From: Guillardia theta CCMP2712
Taxonomy: Eukaryota; Protista; Cryptophyta
Assembly (NCBI RefSeq): GCF_000315625.1
Contig: NW_005434604.1
Location: 310,001-374,000 of the forward strand
Reading direction: 5' to 3'
Length of the DNA: 64,000 bases
The notes beneath the pieces were generated by a model. It was given only the letters and a program-made list of their open reading frames with translations, ran no database searches and was not told the DNA's origin. Below are positions 58,501 to 64,000 of the stretch, in pieces. The position numbers were made by a program, and so were the translations under genes. Position 1 is the stretch's first letter. Each line of letters begins with the position of its first letter.

Positions 58501-60489
58501 ACGCGCAGCTCAACTCCATCCCAGCTGGATAGCTCCTTCCGCTGCTCCTTTGACAAGCCCATGTCAAAGATGACAACCGGCAGGTCAGGCTCGCTAGTGT
58601 GGACGCTGCCTATCAAGTTTCTCAGCCTGTCAAAGTAATCCTTGCTGACAGCTGAGACGAGAGTCAAAGGAGCCTCTGAAAGAATGACCTCTTCTTCCCC
58701 CTCCCCTGCCAGTCGCTGCTGCTCAATGTCTCCCTCCCCTTCTTCCATCTCTAGAGCCTTCTCTGAGCATACAGTCCAGTCCTCAAGGCCCTGTGAGCCC
58801 TTCGAAGACTCAACAGAGAATCTCGGTTTCCTCGACTTCTTCGTGTGTCCTGTCCATGAGATGGAGATCTTGGAGGTTTGCTCACCCAGCTCTTGTGTTT
58901 GCGAGGATCTTGGAGAAGCAGATGGAGAGGATGAAGTGGAAGGGATTTGGCTCTTGCATGTCTTGAGCTTCTTCACTGGACGGAAGAACTCTCCTGTGTA
59001 AGTCGACCTTGCAACCTTCTGGAAGAGAAACGCCTGTCCCTGTACGCCCCCGGAGTTCATCTGAGCCGAGAAGAAGTTGTAAACCTTGGTGAAAAATCGT
59101 GAGAGGAGTTGTCAAGGAGAGCAACTTCATGTCTACCTTCTGCTTGTACCAGTCCAGCATCAGTGGGTGCTCCAGGTCGACCGAGTCGTTCACTGATGTC
59201 GAAGTCAGCTCAAAGGTAGCAGGGAGGAGAAAACAACTCCATGCATCCTCCAGCTCGTTTGGAAGGTCCAATGGAGGATCAGCAGCAGCCGAGTATCCCC
59301 TCACACGCATCCACTGAACAACTCGACGTAGCTGAGCAGCACATTACTGCTCCCCTCTGCTCCCCTCTCCTCACCCACGCATCCCTCCTCTCCTCTACTC
59401 TCCCCTTTCCTCCCTTCTCGTCTCGTGTCCCATTCCCTTCCCCTTCCATCATCTCTGCCTCCACCTGGTAGGGATAGACAACGACGAGAACATATCGCGG
59501 AGAGTCTTCGATGCCTCCAGCTAGCAGCGCATGCATTCCCTCCAGCACCTGAGGCTCTCGTGAACAATGAGGTAGAAGAAGAAGCAAGAGGAGGAAGAGC
59601 AGAAGGAGCCAAAGAATGCGCTGGAGGAAGCAGGTTTTACAAATTCTTCTGCTCCTTCAGCGCTGATTCTCACGATCGTGGGCTTCTCGATGAGTCCTTC
59701 ACTGCCTCGAGGTCAACATTTCACTCCACCAGCTTCTCTTCACCGCAAGGCGTTGTCGATGGTATGAGTCGGCAACGTGTAGATAGGACGCAGGTACTCT
59801 TCGCTGGTCTGATTCACAGTAGCGATACCGGAGTAAACGCACCCTCTCTCTGGACGATCTCAAGCTCTCAGCGCGTCCTCCTCCCTCTCGCACCCTCACC
59901 GGCCTTGCCGAACATGGTCGCATACCCCTCAACAGAGTTCGGAAGCCACGTCAGTAGTAGCACCCTGTCGGCCACTCCGTTCAATCTGATCGACTCGTCC
60001 AGGCTCTCTGCCAGCTCTGCGTCATACTCAATGGTCGTTACCCGCGCTCCTCTCCGTGCAGCCTGTAAGAAGAGCATGAGAGACAACGGAGGAGGAGGAC
60101 GAGCAGGAGAAGCTCTACCGTCAGCGTGAAAACTCCTGTCTCCCCACCAATGTCCAGGACATGATCAGAAGGTTTGAGCTCCGAGAGGAGAAACGTTGCA
60201 AGCTGACCCTCTTGCTCTCCATAGAAGAGGCGAGAGTACTGAGCCTGTCATGCCCTCAGCATGCAACATCTCCTTCCTCTTCGCTCGTCACCTCGCTCGA
60301 TAGTCGCACACTGAGTGGGGCTCCCCTTCGATCCGTAGTGGCGTTGTTGTAGAACCGCGTGTCTTGCGCTATCATGGGGAAGCTGACCTTCTCCTCCTGC
60401 TTCTCCTTCTCTCTTCCTCCCTCCCTGCTCTGCTGTCTACCTGCCTGCTCGCCCGCCAAAATTTCATTATGAAGAAGACCACAAGGCAT
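55558..60489 (-). CDS. multi-domain glycosylation protein: SAM methyltransferase-like + DUF1647-like + GT-A/GT2-like
   Basis: VLDIGGETG..AARRGARVTTIE; LVSAVSKDYFDRLRNLIGSVH..IFDMGL..YAWKMPLI..YLDSSI; VSIILAARND..AKNVGMRRARGKFVLVTNGDIL..GDFFL..VRGYPE; ends approximate. Confidence 0.7.
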
Positions 60490-60977
60490 GCTTCATACCT
60501 TATCCATCCCTTTGTTCGCCGCCTTCTTCTTCCCTGCTACCACATGGAGGAGGAGGAAGAGGGAGAGCAGCACTAGACAGGCTTTGATCCATATTCCTCC
60601 TCTCCTCTCCCTCCTTTACCTCCCTCCCCTCCCCTCTCTCCCTCCCTCCACGCTTCCCTGCATTACGCCATGGATCCCAGACTTCCACCCCCTTTCGCGA
60701 CCGGAACCACCCCTACCCGCTGAAGCTTCCTGCAGAGACGCAATGGCGATCAGCTAACTAAGTTTTGCTTCCTCGTTCACTGCCTGCTCCGCCAGCCCTC
60801 CCCCTCCCCCTCTTCCTCTTCTTCTTCTCATCTCGTGCTTGCTCTTGTCCTCTTCTTCTTCTCATCTCTTGCTTGCTCTTGTCCTCTCCCTCATCGTCTC
60901 GTCTCTCGGACCTTCTCTCCCTCGATTGCCTCAAGTGCTTTCCCCCAGTTCTCTCCCCCATCCTCCTCCTCGTCGTC

Positions 60978-63900
60978 ATGCTGCGCGTGTGGGCCTTGCT
61001 CGGGTGCCTCCTGGGCTCCTTGGCCTCAAGTCCGGTGGGTTTGCCGAGCCTTCGCCTTGAGAGGTGAGTGAAGCTGAATGCTCCTCCCTCCTCTCATCAA
61101 CAGCAGGAGGACCATGGAGCTCCGTCCTCACCCCAGACTGCTCTTGTCTACCATCCGAGGAGGCAACTGGTTGCCGCAAGTGTCACTTTCTCATCATGGT
61201 GACTGGTGGTCAGGGACGAAGACGATGAGGATGATGATGACGACGACAACGTCGATGGCGTTGGCAAAGATAGATATAGGGACATGCCTCCTCCTGTGTG
61301 GAATTCTTATTTTTTATTTCTTGCTGCTTGCTCCTCATCGGCGTCTGCAGGATGAGATAAGATACACGCATGGCATGCGAACAGGGAAATCAGCAAGAGA
61401 AGGCGCGATCATTCAAAACATGACGGTATGAGGCTGTGGCGAGGGTGTGATGGTGCTCACGATGTTGATACTGCAGGACAAGTCGTCGGCAGATTCTTCT
61501 GACGGTGCATGACAAGTTGTCTGTGTCACGATTGACCTGAGCTATGAAGATGATGAACCTGCATGGGTTGATGGGCAGATCAAACAGGTTCGACGCCAAA
61601 ACTCTTGCACCATGGATTGATCCCACTCTGCGCAGGGAGGAAAGAAGATCAAATATTACTACGGAAGGACCAACTATTGGAGGTGAGATAGCGAAGAGGA
61701 TTCACAAAGAGGATTGAGAAAGAGTCCCAACCCCTCACCTCCTGGCTTTCAGGGATGTTCTCAACCAAACAGATCCCTGGGAGCAGTTCGAGCCTGACCT
61801 CCATAAGGTGTTCTGGATGAAAGATGACGATGATGTGTATCGGATTGAATTCATTCTCTTTGAACACAGGGTCAAACATACGCAGACTTCATGTTTGCTA
61901 AAGAGCGTTTTGACAACGTGGACGTGATGGAGCAACATGGTAGATAGAGGGACATCAATAGATATTCCCGAACTGAGATCGTGTGCAGGGCCACTCAAGG
62001 ATCGGATGAGAGACTTGATCGCGGTCGCTGCTTTCTTGCATTGATCCACGATTGGGTCACCATCTCAAAACTTCTTTGCAGGAGGGACGTACAACCCCAG
62101 CTGGATATGGCCTCGTGAGTTTGAATTGTGATGTTCCGATTCCTGATCTGCGCTTGAGGTCAGGGGGGGGTTGTGAGCGCGAATTTCAGCTTTAGTTATC
62201 CTGAAAATCGATTCGCGACGATATGTGAGAGGGAATTTGAGTCCTGTCGATTGCTAATGTTGTCGCAGATCCAAATTTGACTGGCAACTTGAGCGAGATT
62301 CCGATTTATGAGTACATCTGTCTTGGACATTGAGATTGAATTTCACTGACGAGCGCCGGTGCTAGTTATGACTCGGAAAAAGACGAATATTTCTTGGGCA
62401 CGGTCAAAGTTTGTGCCAAAAATCTTCTTGTCTGAACAACTCTTTCGAATCCAGACGATTGTTCACAACGATGATTTGTCTGTTTCGCTGTCAAACAAAT
62501 CAAGGTGATGGAACAAGATTGGATCTTTTCTTTTATCGATTGTACAGATTGCTGGAGCCCGACGAAGTGTTCGCTCGCTTCGTTCCTTACCAGAATGCTG
62601 TGTGTCTCGAATCGGAGCGTGTTTTGAGAGTATGATGGTGTTGTTGCAGTCATACCCAGAACCAACGAAGAGCAGAGACAGGTACATCAAAGGTGAGAAC
62701 TCAACGATGTTCGACTCTTTATCATGTTTGATGGGGCTATAGCTTTCGAAGATCAGCTAAGGTGAAGCCTTCCTGCCTGAATGGCGGTCATCATTTCCTT
62801 GACAACCTAAAAGATGGGAGAACGGAGAACTTCCTATGCCTCTCAATGAAGAAGGAAAGTGTTTCTTCCTTCCTGATATTTGAGATTTGTTTGATTTCCT
62901 CTTGTTTCATCCACTCCAGACTTGGAAGAGATTGAAGAAGATAAGAGAAGACAGGTTGGAAAGTGATGAGGAAAATTCGCTGAGCGGGTTGACGTTTCCA
63001 ATGAATCAGATAAATGAACAACTATGCGAAGCGGCAGAGCAAGGATCAGTCGGGTTGTTCAAGTGCTGAGATTTGCGATCCCTCGATGTCAAGAGTCATT
63101 GAAACAATTTTCCTCAGATCTCTGATGCAATGTGGTGGAAATGTTTCCTGGCACATGTAAGTTTGTGGCTCCTTCCTCCTCCTCCCCTTGCACTCTTTCT
63201 CTCTCCTTCCGTGGCGTTGCCCTCCTCCTCTCCCCTTCTTCGTTCTCCTCCACTTCTTGAATCTTTGAGTTTCCTGTCAGGCCTCCCGACATGTTGGCGC
63301 CGTTGCACTACGCTGCGCTGAATGTGAGGAAGAGGGGAGAGGACGAGAACACAGCAAAGAAGGAGAAAAGAGACAGATAGAGAAAACCAAGGGAAGGGCA
63401 AAGGACAGGGAAGAGAAGGAACAGGGACAGGGAAAGGAAAGGAAAGCGAAAGGGAAAGGACATGGAAGGAGACAGGGAGTTGAGGTGCCTTGAAAGCTCC
63501 TGAAAGACTGTCAGGGCCATTTGGAGATCGTCAAGATTCTCATCGAGAAAGGGTGAGGCAGACCTGTTGTCTTCTTCTTGTCAATTCTCGCAGCGTCAAC
63601 GTGAGCGCTCGGGATGACTGGGACCGCACGCCGCTGCACTGGGCTGGTGAGGACAGAGGTGAGGTTGTCAAGCGCGAGTGACGAGGGTCGAGCAGCATAC
63701 AACGGTCACGTGGAAGTTGCGAAGGAGCTGATAGCCAACGGGGCGAACGTGATGGCCAAGGTGGGGAGGAGACGCTGGGAGGAAGAGGCGTTTGACGCAG
63801 TGGCGCAGACCAAGGGAGACTGTACCCCCTACGTGAGACTTTGCGGCTTCTTGTGGGGATGAGGTGAAACCTTGGCAGTCGTTCGCGTCGATGTTCATGC

Positions 63901-64000
63901 ACACGCACAACGACGTCATCCGCTACTTCCGCGACCAGGTCAGCTGCGGCCCTGCCTGCTTGCCTGTGATGCTCGGGCAGGAGAGCAAGTTGAACCCCTC
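60978..64000 (+). CDS. signal-peptide protein (IRGG motif) and ankyrin-repeat exons running off the window; may be two genes
   Basis: MLRVWALLGCLLGSLASS...LSTIRGG; ankyrin exons LCEAAEQG, PLHYAAL, GHLEIVKILIEKG, VSARDDWDRTPLHWA, AYNGHVEVAKELIANGANV. Confidence 0.65.

Overview
Intron-rich eukaryotic nuclear DNA. Short ~45-60 nt GT-AG introns, an ASAFAP-type bipartite plastid presequence and microsatellite-filled introns point to an alga with a red secondary plastid, most likely a cryptophyte (inference). Recognisable genes: plastid-targeted lumazine synthase, an intronless isocitrate lyase, a kinesin-3 ending in a CaaX box, tRNA-Tyr (with intron), two identical inverted tRNA-Thr genes, a three-repeat MYB, a decayed Ty1/copia relic, a multidomain formin, Yos1/IER3IP1, a beta-helix protein, an HTH+PB1 protein, an alpha-carbonic-anhydrase-like protein lacking two zinc ligands, a multi-domain glycosyltransferase-like protein and an ankyrin protein. 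Most striking: the ~100-bp degenerate 'satellite' at 25.3-27.9 kb reads on the minus strand as an array of spliceosomal introns. These separate 21 single-codon (3-nt) micro-exons, one 6-nt exon and three Cys/His module exons, all phase 0, inside a zinc-finger gene the ORF track misses. Eight GC-rich intergenic islands share a vocabulary of short motifs, several with TACCC-rich flanks. Exon structures were read by eye, so boundaries of hypothetical genes are approximate.
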